DNA from: Epithemia pelagica
Taxonomy: Eukaryota; Protista; Bacillariophyta
Assembly: GCA_946965045.2 (NCBI GenBank)
Contig: OX337228.1
Coordinates: 1,364,001 to 1,428,000, forward strand
DNA length: 64,000 nucleotides
Direction: 5' to 3'
Part shown: piece after piece, positions 31,198 to 41,897 of the stretch
Position numbering within the stretch: position 1 is the stretch's first letter
Layout: every line of letters starts with the position of its first letter
Position numbers and translations under genes: made by a program
The notes under the pieces: generated by a model
The model's input: the letters and a program-made list of their open reading frames with translations, nothing else
What the model was told of the DNA's origin: nothing
Database searches by the model: none

Positions 31198-33123
31198 ATG
31201 AGCACTGGTTGTGGAGATTGTTTCACGAAAACAGGATCCCTTACCGAAACTCAAAGTATTGTCGCAGAAGAAGCAGATCCAGAATTTTCGCTGTGTCATT
31301 TCAGAAGCGCCAAGCGTCTTCAAGTAGATACGACGAACCTTCCTGGCTCCAAACCCATGTCTCGTCCCGGCCACATTCAGGAACCCAGTCGAAGTCGATC
31401 CTCGGCCATGATGCCCGCATCATCGATCCGAGTGCCTTCCAGAGGTCCGATCAATCGTCAAAACCAAAGCATGATTGCACATGCGAACCGAATTCGGCAA
31501 AAACGACAAACTGCAGCGGAAAATGCCGCGAAACAGGGTAGCAACACAACCAAAACCAATACAACAAAAACAAACACAACCAAGACCAATACAACAACAA
31601 AAGCAAATTCAAATCGATTCAGCGCAAAATCACCCCCATCACCAACTAGGGGAATGCAGAGAACGAGATCGGGATCCGTCCGTGCACAAAGAGACGACGT
31701 TGAAACTCGATATATCACAAGTAACGTTCGAGTGAAACATTATTCTTCGCAAGATACATCCATGGCTACAGTTTTAGGATCGGGCCGTGATGAGCACGCT
31801 GGTGAGGAACCAACCTGTGACTACGACAAATCAGCAACGCCCCTCTATGAACTACTCGAGGCCTCAAGTTGGGAAGAAGCAAAGGACCGAAGTAGAAAGC
31901 ATCCGGGGGAAGTCAAGACATGGATAATACGGAGAGACAAAAACCAGAAAGTGAGATGGAAACTACTACCTCTACACGCATCAATCATTTTTCAGGCACC
32001 ACATTCTGTCGTCACCTGCTTGCTTGGCATCTATACTATTGCCGCTCAACGAAGAGATGATCAGGGAATGTTACCTCTCCATCTAGCTTTTCGCCACAAA
32101 CAAGAAGATGAGGAGCTTCTTCAGGCACTTCTGAAGCAGTTTCCAAGAGCAGTTATTCTCAAGGATCTACGAGATCGGGTCCCGCTTGATCATGGTCGAG
32201 ATCTCAAGTTCAGCTCCAAAATAATGAGATTGTACGCGGACGCACATCTCGCAGCCATGGAGCATGGGAAAACCCGACGTCCATCCTTGACCTCTTACAA
32301 CTCGGGCCGCTCGCCATCCCCGAATCTAGAGACTGATGCCGCCACAATGCGTCAAAGACACAGGGAAGAAGTACGGAAACTAAAAACGCACTACGAAGAA
32401 AAAATTGCCGAGCTAATGGAACGCATTGAGAATGATGCAAAGCACTCCAAACTACTTGCGGCCGATGAGCGGCAAGAGCTCATCGATCGGCATAGGGAGG
32501 AGATGGCCCAACTACGGGACTTTCTAACTACTCAGACGGGGCGTGAAAATACAATGATGCATGATTTGCAGGCACAGATTGACGATATCCAGACAGCGTT
32601 GGAAGCTGCTAATATACAAAATGACAGATGGGCGGAGAAGTACAAAGCAATGGAAAACTACGGAAGTGAGCTGCGAATTCAGCTACATAGAATCATTCAG
32701 GATCAGGTACTGATACGAGACATGGCGACGCAGCAAACTGATGAATTTGAGGCTTCAAGAAAGATGAGGTCGCAAATCATACAAACTCTAATCCAACAGG
32801 AAGACGCTGATGGTGAAAACGACAATATGCGTACCTCCAAACTCCTAGAAGTCTCTGAAAACGTGCGCGATCGTATACAAAAGTTGCTTCAGCTCGATCC
32901 AATGGATGAAGAAGTGTCCAGACCAAGCCGAATTGAATTGGAACGGAACAATGTCACGAATAAAAGCAACAAACGTAGCGACTACGGGAAAACACTTGAC
33001 GAAACTGGCTATCGGGTGGAGAATGAAGGGGCTCCAACTATACAAATTTCGGATGATCATGTCGAAATCAGGCCAAGGTCACACGGGGATGAAATAAGTG
33101 CCATAACAGAGCACTCGCCATAA
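31198..33123 (+). CDS. Ankyrin-like repeat plus coiled-coil protein
   Basis: TPLYELL, WKLLPLHASII, DDQGMLPLHLAFRH and DLRDRVPLD, followed by a long E/Q/R heptad region. Confidence 0.8.
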   Translation: MSTGCGDCFTKTGSLTETQSIVAEEADPEFSLCHFRSAKRLQVDTTNLPGSKPMSRPGHIQEPSRSRSSAMMPASSIRVPSRGPINRQNQSMIAHANRIRQKRQTAAENAAKQGSNTTKTNTTKTNTTKTNTTTKANSNRFSAKSPPSPTRGMQRTRSGSVRAQRDDVETRYITSNVRVKHYSSQDTSMATVLGSGRDEHAGEEPTCDYDKSATPLYELLEASSWEEAKDRSRKHPGEVKTWIIRRDKNQKVRWKLLPLHASIIFQAPHSVVTCLLGIYTIAAQRRDDQGMLPLHLAFRHKQEDEELLQALLKQFPRAVILKDLRDRVPLDHGRDLKFSSKIMRLYADAHLAAMEHGKTRRPSLTSYNSGRSPSPNLETDAATMRQRHREEVRKLKTHYEEKIAELMERIENDAKHSKLLAADERQELIDRHREEMAQLRDFLTTQTGRENTMMHDLQAQIDDIQTALEAANIQNDRWAEKYKAMENYGSELRIQLHRIIQDQVLIRDMATQQTDEFEASRKMRSQIIQTLIQQEDADGENDNMRTSKLLEVSENVRDRIQKLLQLDPMDEEVSRPSRIELERNNVTNKSNKRSDYGKTLDETGYRVENEGAPTIQISDDHVEIRPRSHGDEISAITEHSP

Positions 33124-33237
33124 TGCTACTCTAGATTCTAGATGCCGATTATTTTTTCTTACCTTGTCTACGACAGGAGGAAACGTGCTGGGTCGATGCA
33201 GATATCTTTACCAGTCTTTCGTCCAAAATGAGAGTTA

Positions 33238-34789
33238 TCAAAACTCGCTCAGAACATCTACGTACTCTGACGTGGACTCGTCGTCGACATCCTCAAAACC
33301 ATTTTGGTCCTCGTTGTCGCTGGCTATCGACTCAAGTTGCCGTTGCTGAGTCTCTGTCTTTTGGAGCTGAAGCGCACGCGCCCTTTCGACCACCTGTCGC
33401 TGTTTCTCCCGGTATTCCATTTGTTTTCGTTCCAGCGACTGATGAATGCGTTCTCGCAGATCATGAACAAACCAAACTCCGGTTTCGGCGACAAAGATGA
33501 CCAAAATCCACGAAGAAAAGTACGCATTACCTACCAGAGATGCTGCGCCATCAGGGGCTGTTACCCATATAATCGATGGAATCCAAGCAAGGACGAGAAG
33601 CAACAGACAGATACCCTCCACCATGTTCTCGGCTCTACTCTTCTCTTCATTGCTACCGTCAGGTTTCGTCTGTCGACATATCTCCGCCGACACGAAAGCT
33701 GCTGCTGGTGCAATGGTGAAAACGATCAATGTTACGATCAACTGCCACTGGATCTCGGGGATTTGATTGAAGTGCCTGAGTGTACGAGAAAACACTCAAT
33801 CAATGTAAGCAAGAGCCAAACCTCCAGGAGACCCTTTCAACTATCGTTCACGTACCCTAATAGTTGTAGCAGCTGTTCTGTCTTTTCAATGTCGTCCACG
33901 GATAGACGGTCGAGCTTTGCATGAGTCTTCCACAAATCAAGATACCAGATAAGCGTGAACACCCCCATAAACAAGATACATAGCCAACCAGGGGAGCGAT
34001 ACGGCCAGCTTCTGATAAAAGACTTGAGGCTAGAAAGTCCGGCAGCCACCCACCATCGTTCGAGAACCCAGTAGCTCGCGAAACAGCATGCCCAACAAGA
34101 AAAGTACAACGAGTATTGTTCCTTGCTGATGGAACACAATGTTAGACATTGGACAGATTCGACAATTCACTCGTTATCAGATTCCATCACACGTACCCAT
34201 CCCCCGCAATTCCGTTGATGGATGTCTGTATGCCCGTTGCGACCGACCACCAAATAACCAGAAACACAGTCAAAAGCAGCTCGAACCTGCTCTTCGGTTT
34301 GAACGCGACCACCCATATCTTCTGTAAGGGTGTTATGCTATCCAGATGAACAAGTGTTGTCGCTCCAGTAAGGATCAAGGAGACAATTGCGGCTGATAAC
34401 GCATAACTTCTTTGTTCGGGGGTTGCAGGTATCGCTCCCGACGCCTTGATAACGTCCTCACTTTTCTGTGCCGCATCGAAGTTGATAACAGAAGCCAATA
34501 CTAAAGTAAGGTATCCTTTCAGCCTTGAGCTCTTGAAAAGTCGTACTGATTTGCTGCTATCTTGGCTGTTTTCCTCTCCTTCGCTTCTTGCGTCAGCTTC
34601 GTTTCCACCTGATTCAGGATTAGGGTTCTCTGATTTATCATTGTTCAATTTAGATGTTGATTGTGCTGGAGAAAGTCGAGTTTCGTTGTTCTCCTCACTA
34701 ATAACTGTCTTCATGACTTCTTCTCCTTCCCCTTGATCGACACCTTGTTTCTCATGATTGTCATCCACTTCTTCCCGCATGGGCTCCAT
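33238..34789 (-). CDS. Multi-pass membrane protein (MARVEL-like repeats); exons 34197-34789, 33856-34125, 33238-33775
   Basis: Three ORFs joined by 71- and 80-nt GTACGT...CAG introns that preserve frame. Repeated TM motifs GIAGDG-KEQYSLYFSCW and GAASLVGNAYFSSW. Confidence 0.8.
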
Positions 34790-35291
34790 TTCTGTTCAAC
34801 AAGATCGCGGCTTCGTTTCTTTCCGTGAGGGCTGGTCTTATCTTGGGTGAATATTCACAAAGTTCACAATTTTGCCCATGTGGCCTGACGTGGCTGTGAA
34901 CTTTTCGTGAATTCGCAAAATCGGATTTGGAGTAGCGTTTCACTTGTCACAAAAAGTTCACACCGTGTCCACCACGACTCGGGGGATGGGGGATGTGAAT
35001 TTCACATGTAAAAATGAACTTTTTCACATGGACCCTCGGTTTTCACACCCAAAAACTGTGACATGCCGAAGCTGTTTTTGTCGCTCCTCATGGTACCTCA
35101 CTATCCAGTCCCGAAAGATCCAAGACACACTACTACTGTGTAAAAGACAGTACCCACTTTGCTTTAACCTTTAACCCTAAAATGAGTGCTAGCTGTATCC
35201 TCCATAGCCGCCTCACGCTAGCTAAGGCGTCCAACGAAAGAATTATCTCGTCGAAGGTTTAGTGATCATCAAATCATCACATCATTGACCG

Positions 35292-36914
35292 TTATGGTTC
35301 TGATGAGGCCTTGACCGTGTTCCTAGGAGAATGCGGCTTTTCGTTCGTCGATTGCTCATCATCCTTCTCGTCGTCGTCTTCAAATTGCGACTCCTCCATG
35401 TCTTCGTCGTTTCCGATTTCAGCGTCCTCCATTGAGCTCAAGTATTCGAGCCTGGTTTGTTTCTGCGATTCCACCACGTCCACCAGAACACTCTTGGACC
35501 GCTTTTGTCCAAATGCTCTCAGAGCTCGTTTCCGGCTGAATTCATTTTTCGAGTCACTCTCGTCACGGTGAATTCGATGAAACTGCTGCACATTGGTGAT
35601 AAACTCCTTGGCACCCGATCCTGATATGCTATACACAAACTCTTCATACACGGGGGGCGACATTTGTTCCTTGGCCAACCGAAACACTGTGATTCGATGG
35701 TCCTTTTCGGATTCGTCCCAATCGTCCACATAGATGCGGCAATAGTCGCCAGGACTAAAGGAATGCCTCAAGGTTTCATCTCTCGTCTCTTCAAAGGTGC
35801 AAAAGACCTTGGTCACCTCAACTTGGTCGGGTAGTCGATTGTCTCTCTTAAAGTACAAGTAGTCATGGGCAAGTTTGATAATGTTGGTGGTCGCTTGGTC
35901 GTTGTCCCAGTCAATCATGTCCAAGCTGAATCGTTCCGTCGGCTGGAAGGGTCGTATCCGGTCATCAATTTCGAGCAAAAAGACAGTGGCCAGCGAGTTG
36001 AGAATGGCATCCGTGACAGTTTCGGCGGAGAGGATAAAGGGTACATTCAACCAAAACAAAAAGTACCCCAGGAATCCATTCCCCACCAAGTTGAGCAAGA
36101 GCGAGTAGTCTCGACGCAATCGCTCGGTCCGATACTCGGCCCGTCGAACGCGCAGCGCTTGAATGACATGGGTTGCTCGGTTGGCCGCCACGTAATTCTC
36201 CAGTACAAAACCAATAAACAGGGAGATGGTAGCCGAGGCAATGACACAGTTGGAAACAATCAAATTGACCTGGCCGTTCCGAAACTTGTCGGCGAGATTA
36301 TCAATAATTTCTTCAATGATAAAGACAATAAAGATGATTTGTGTGGCAATGGCGAGGGTACTCAAAAAGACATTGAGAATGGTCCAATCCACCATGGCCT
36401 CATCGTTTTGTTGCTCGCGGTCCATTTCGGTTTCATCTCGTTGCGACTGCGTGTGCAAGAACCGGGATAAGATTCGTGGCTTGGAGATGCGCTCGAGACA
36501 GGAAGCTTCGTGAATGTTGTACACGTGACGTTCCAATTGTTTGAGATACTTGTAGACTCGAACAAATCGAACGGGATCGAGTTTGCCCCACTCAAAGTCC
36601 CGATAGTTTTGTGCTTCTCCAGTAAACACCAAATCCACCAGTAGATCTTGGAGGAGCTGCCACATCATTCCCAATAAATTCTTGTCCCGATACTTGTCTG
36701 GTTCCGGTCTTGATGTTGTCGTTGTGGTTTTGTCTCGTCGCGTCAAGACTTCATCGACATCTCCATCTCGTCGAATTTCATCCAGGCGTTCCAAAATGGC
36801 CAGGAGTAGACCATTGTCATTTTTCGTCGTGGCAGCCCACTTGATAAAGTCCACGCGATCAATCACATCGTCCGATCGCAAAAATTCATAGGCCGAACAG
36901 AGGCGGGCCAACAT
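35292..36914 (-). CDS. Hypothetical multi-pass membrane protein
   Basis: Long ORF (open to 37061; first ATG 36914) with 4-5 hydrophobic helices and the motif TDAILNSLATVFLLEIDD. Confidence 0.75.
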   Translation of the reverse strand: MLARLCSAYEFLRSDDVIDRVDFIKWAATTKNDNGLLLAILERLDEIRRDGDVDEVLTRRDKTTTTTSRPEPDKYRDKNLLGMMWQLLQDLLVDLVFTGEAQNYRDFEWGKLDPVRFVRVYKYLKQLERHVYNIHEASCLERISKPRILSRFLHTQSQRDETEMDREQQNDEAMVDWTILNVFLSTLAIATQIIFIVFIIEEIIDNLADKFRNGQVNLIVSNCVIASATISLFIGFVLENYVAANRATHVIQALRVRRAEYRTERLRRDYSLLLNLVGNGFLGYFLFWLNVPFILSAETVTDAILNSLATVFLLEIDDRIRPFQPTERFSLDMIDWDNDQATTNIIKLAHDYLYFKRDNRLPDQVEVTKVFCTFEETRDETLRHSFSPGDYCRIYVDDWDESEKDHRITVFRLAKEQMSPPVYEEFVYSISGSGAKEFITNVQQFHRIHRDESDSKNEFSRKRALRAFGQKRSKSVLVDVVESQKQTRLEYLSSMEDAEIGNDEDMEESQFEDDDEKDDEQSTNEKPHSPRNTVKASSEP

Positions 36915-37263
36915 GGTGGTACAACAACGCGCAAGAGTGCCGTAACGATGCCCCTTCCTCTGGTAGACTGCCTTGACAGAAAAAGGATTGAATCTTTTCG
37001 GAGTTCGGCGGGGAGGAAGATATATCGAACATTTTGGATACTGCGGGTTTCGGGGTTTCAAAGAGCAGTATAGATCTTAGATGGGAAAGATAAAGATGGC
37101 TGACTCGACCCGAAGTTCGTGATTGACGCGGGGCGAGCCAAGTCCGAACTTGTTCCGATTGATCCGGAACTCCAACATTTTTCGCTCAGTCGTGCTGTTC
37201 GTCCACAAAAAAAGGAAGCAAGCATCGGGGGACAATCTCGTCTGTTGAGTAGTAGTGAGGATC

Positions 37264-38580
37264 ATGGAAGACGTTCTTTCCACGTTTTTCCAGCAAGCCA
37301 CCACAGCTCTCAACCATGTGGAGATTGATGCGGTATTGGCCTATTCGGACATTCGATCTCTGTTACTGGAGGTGCAGCTGAGTACCCTGGGCCGAGTCGT
37401 ACAGGAACACAATGACCAACAACGGGGAGACGCATCCAACCGTTTCGTGGACATGGAAGACGTTCGAGAACGTCTCAAGAATCTCAATCATGACAACAAT
37501 GACAGTGAACAAGATAGCAGCTCCGTCACTCTCTCCAAGTTGTCCGGGGTCATGAATGAGGCTGCTCGGTTGGCCTTTGCCCGGCTGGTACTGTGCTCTG
37601 GATTGTTGCACGAATCTTCCTCCGTTACTACATCCGAACAGCTCCAGCGACAAGCATCTGGAACACTGGACCGGAAGCATGTGTTGGAATTTTGTGGCCT
37701 GGTGCAATCGACCCTGCGACTCCCCATGGTCCTGGACCACTTGCAACAGGGAACGCCCCTCTTTCCCGAGATTGTGGCTGCTGCTGCTGCTGGGGACAAA
37801 TCATCTTGCCGGGTGCAGCAACAACCTCACGATCGCCTCTTGCACATTCAGTCCCTATTGTTTCAATCGTTGGGCTATGACCCCGGCTTTGCGCATGAGG
37901 AAATGAAACGTCTATTTCTCACCATTCATCATGACGCTACGGAACCCAACGATGGCCCCACCAATAATGACAATGACACGAATCCCTATTCGCCGTATGC
38001 TCACGACACAGAAATCCTCCGTGCCATGCAAGAAATGGTCTCGGCCACCAGTCTCGCACTGGCCAAGGCACAGCAATCCTCCCACGCTCCATCCTCCCTC
38101 TTGTTGTCGGATATGGAGCAGGGAGGGGTAACCCGAGTTGTGGGAGTAACGTATTCCGAAAGGATGGTCGATCCCACAACGGGGCAGGTGGTGGAATCTT
38201 GTGCAGAAAGTACGACTGCACCCACCATGGAATCCATGCAAGAACCGGCGACACGAGAAGAGGACCAATCACAACAACAAGAAGAACAACAGAGACGACA
38301 CGAAACTCGAGTACATGTAGCGACCGCGTCCTTACAAACGCAACTGTATCAAGAGTTGGTGGCCATGACGGAATCAGAACGAACGGCCACACTGGCCGAG
38401 GCACACGACGTGACACGACGCGTGTTACAGGAGGCTGCCTCCCAACCAGGCCCCCTGGAACGAATCGAATTTCTCCGTTCCATGGATCCATCCACGCAAC
38501 GACTCATGATCCTGCACAACCTCTGGAACGCACGCAACAAGAACCACAACAACCACAAGGAGGAGGATGAGGGATCATGA
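37264..38580 (+). CDS. Hypothetical helical protein
   Basis: About 438-codon ORF from ATG 37264; no recognised domain. Confidence 0.75.
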   Translation: MEDVLSTFFQQATTALNHVEIDAVLAYSDIRSLLLEVQLSTLGRVVQEHNDQQRGDASNRFVDMEDVRERLKNLNHDNNDSEQDSSSVTLSKLSGVMNEAARLAFARLVLCSGLLHESSSVTTSEQLQRQASGTLDRKHVLEFCGLVQSTLRLPMVLDHLQQGTPLFPEIVAAAAAGDKSSCRVQQQPHDRLLHIQSLLFQSLGYDPGFAHEEMKRLFLTIHHDATEPNDGPTNNDNDTNPYSPYAHDTEILRAMQEMVSATSLALAKAQQSSHAPSSLLLSDMEQGGVTRVVGVTYSERMVDPTTGQVVESCAESTTAPTMESMQEPATREEDQSQQQEEQQRRHETRVHVATASLQTQLYQELVAMTESERTATLAEAHDVTRRVLQEAASQPGPLERIEFLRSMDPSTQRLMILHNLWNARNKNHNNHKEEDEGS

Positions 38581-38975
38581 CGGACAGGCAGTGTTGGAAC
38601 GTAGGAATGAAGGAACAAACTAGGTAGAGTAAGACTTTCTTCCCAAGTAGACTTGGTTGTCCTGAAAAATGTCTCACGTTGCGAGAGGTACATGCAAAAC
38701 TGTCACCCAAGCTCGACACGCCGGAGCGGCCAGGCCTTGTAGTAGTTGCTACCAGAAACGAGTAACGCTTGCCCGAGTCTACACTATAATATTATTCTGT
38801 GGTTGTTTGGTTTCTCTCGTACGCAGGGACGCGCAACACCAACGGCGGTTGCCGTGGGTCCGAGGAGTGGTGGTGGTGGTTGGGTGGGTGGTACTGGCAC
38901 CCAACCATGAGGAGCCTCCTAACTAAAATCAACACCTCCTAACTAAAATCAAATGTGTGTTGTGTACGAATGCTG

Positions 38976-39960
38976 CTATTTGGCACTCACGTTTCTTAAT
39001 GTTTGAAGTTGCGACATGGCCCTCATATGCGTTCGGATACTTTTGCAATAATTGTTGGTTTGAATCGTGTCATTGTAGAGTTGCGTCGGCGTCATGGGTG
39101 TTGCTGTAGTCTTCTTGGTCAAAGTAGTAGAAGCACCCGCACCCGTAGACGACGACGACGCAGCAGCAGCAGCCGGAGGCGGACGACGAAGCGAGTGTTC
39201 CAAACAGCACTGATCGAGTTTGGGAATGAGAAAACAGCCCGCCAACAGGGCCACCACCACCACGGCCACCACAATCCACACAAAGGGGTCCACGCCTCCC
39301 TTGTCGTCATTATTGTTGTTGCTGCTGTTGGTGTTTGGTTGGGGTCGGAAATTCCCGCTGCTACCAGTGCTGCCATTTGTCAGTATTCGTATCGTCCAAA
39401 CAGGCCACAACCAAGTCGGTCTTTACCATTTTGCGCGCCGGACTATTGCCATTGTCGTAACACACAATGAAATCCGACGTGTCCGTGGTCGGAGACGTGG
39501 CGTCGGCCCTGAAATTAGCCAACTTGACTAGACTCAAGGGAGCCGTGTCGTCGTTGTCCAAGCAAAACAAGCCGCGCGTCACCAGTTGCCATGGCATGGG
39601 AAATTTGGGAAGATAAAAGAGAATGGTGTCGAGCGCTGGAGTGCCACTGTTGCTGTCGCGCACGTGCAAGAGTTCGGGTACCGCACCTTGACTTACAGCA
39701 CAGGCCTGTAACTCCTCCACATCCGGATCATTCTTCTCGTCCACACGACGAAACGTGCCCATGGTGAACTCCTGCAAGACGGTCGATGTGGCAACGGCGC
39801 CACCTGTACGACAAGCCTCCGAGATGCGGATTGTGCGACATGACGACGACGACGATGACGCGGCTGTAGTCCTTGTCGGAACAAGAAGAAGCAACAGACA
39901 AAGGCCAATGACACTGCTACTACGAATGCCAAACGCGACGGCACAGAAAAGAAGGGCCAC
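38976..39960 (-). pseudogene. Type-I membrane protein gene with a 1-nt frameshift and no in-frame ATG at the signal peptide
   Basis: ORF 39361-39960 (signal peptide, Cys-containing ectodomain) joins ORF 38976-39410 (N-rich stalk, TM, tail) if one base of TTT at 39376-39378 is removed. Confidence 0.55.
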
Positions 39961-39985
39961 AGGGATGGATGATACACGGAATCAA

Positions 39986-40207
39986 TGTCCTTTTGGCCGA
40001 GGTATCTTGGAGCCAAACGGTTGAATGTGGCTTTGTATGTGTTTCTCTGCCATTCTGTCCCAAAAATGAAAAAATTAAAAGTTGCACCCAAGTCTCATTA
40101 TCGGGTCTCGGAATTTTCTTTTGGCAGTATCGGCATTTGGCAGTATCGGTATCGGCACAAGCAGTCGAAAACCCTTGCCCTCCCATCGCGTAGCCTTTCG
40201 CGAATCG
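39986..40207 (-). repeat. Dispersed repeat copy 2 (inverted, with internal insertions)
   Basis: See 27858-28024; the extra internal sequence includes GCCGATAC repeats. Confidence 0.88.
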
Positions 40208-40282
40208 CATGAAATCTTAAATGCGACCCATCCGCTTTCAACTCATGATTCCGTTCCAGATACAGCAAAATACGAAGCGACG

Positions 40283-41323
40283 ATGCCACGATTCCGCGAC
40301 GAATGGGTTGTGGACAGAGTCTTGTTCGATTTCGTCTCGGGTGGAGCTTGTTCCTGCTGTGGCTTGCAGCACTTTCTTCCCAACGGCGTGAATGATTTGA
40401 TTGGCGCCGTTTCGGATTTGGATACCGATCAACAGAACAATGAGGTTGCCGCCTTGGCATTTCATCCCTGGCCCCAAGAACTTCGGTACGTGAATTCATC
40501 GCAAGAACAAATGTGGCACATGCATGAAGTATAACTCTATGACATGTCTCTACTAGATGGTTGGTATTCTATCGATATCTGACCGTTTTCCTTCTCATTT
40601 GTTGGGTCGCCCATGGATGATGCAACTTGTATCAGAGAACAAATCTGGGCAGATCGTGTTCGGTTGCGACAGAAACTCAAGCTGGATAAGGGAAAATATC
40701 AGAAGATTTGGGAGGATGAGGAATGCAGACATCGATTTTTGAATTGGTGCTGGAAACCTGAAACAATCTGCAACTACCGACGATGGTTTCAACTTTCTCG
40801 GACCGAGATTATGGAACTGATTCATCAACGGTACAATATACATTCGGCGTTTGGTGTGGTACTGTGCACGGTGGTGGAACAGATTGCGGGCTTTCACCTG
40901 ACCGGTTATCCACTGGATGGTCGCGGAACCTACGAAAAAGAATTTGAACGAATGCTTACCTATGATCGACGAGGAGGATTCACAATGCCCATCTTTCCGT
41001 TGGCGGCGGATAGCTCGGATGCCTCAACTGTCGACAAAGTGCTACTAAAGGCATGGCTCGATCACATGGAGCACAGTGTAGGGAGCCCAGGGAAGCAACT
41101 TTTGGTGAGAAAAGAGGAGCCCAACATGGATGGAACAAGTTGTACAAACGAAACAACCACAAATAATTCTGTAAAAGATGACGAGGGCGATCCTGACGAA
41201 TCTGGACAACAGCCGTCGAAAGCCCAAACAAGCTTTGCGTCCGATCGCAGAATTGTTCGGTTGCTCATTGCCCGAATCTGGGCGGAGCAACTTGAGTCCA
41301 AATTCAGAGAGCAAGACGTTTAG
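40283..41323 (+). CDS. Hypothetical protein with CSCC motif; exons 40283-40485, 40636-41323
   Basis: MPRFRDEWVVDRVLFDFVSGGACSCCG...HPWPQELR|EQIWADRVRLRQKLK; the 150-nt GTACGT...CAG intron preserves frame. Confidence 0.75.
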
Positions 41324-41897
41324 ATCCATTCATGTCATAAAGGCCAGTTTCTCTATTCTTTTCTGCTCGATTGCATGTATCGTTGGTTGATAGATTTGGA
41401 TATGAGAGAATGAGAGAGGCCTTAGTTCAGGTCGATTCTTTTCTTGCTATGCTAGGAGCATTTGTTTGTTTCGTCACACGCCGACTGTTCGTCTAAGCTA
41501 GAGGAGTATTGGTTTTGTTTGGCTGTAGAATAGGGGGACTCGGGACTAAAGATTTTGGGGGTCGTGGATGTAGGGCTTGGGGAATTAGGATCAAACTGAG
41601 ACTATGACCCTGAATATTAACGGAAGTCCCAACGCAGTTTGCACTCATTTTCAATATTGCCCCATGTCGTACTTAACCGTTTCTCTCATAGTACAGAAAG
41701 TCATATTCGGTCCTTCACGTATCTTGATAGGCACCGAAAGGAAGAAAATGAGATGCCCAGCCGCACTCCATACCACACTCCGCCGTCGGTCGGCGCAATC
41801 CAGCAAGTGACAGCGATTCGTCGATTGAGTTGCTATTGATGGGGTATACCTTGTAGGGCCCTGTGTGTACAAGGGTACTTTACTTGTTGTTACTCGC

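Noticed and set aside
35171-35180. TTAACCCTAA telomere-like words (also 61568-61577)
   Set aside because: Single units, which are expected by chance or as promoter telo-box-like words; not arrays.
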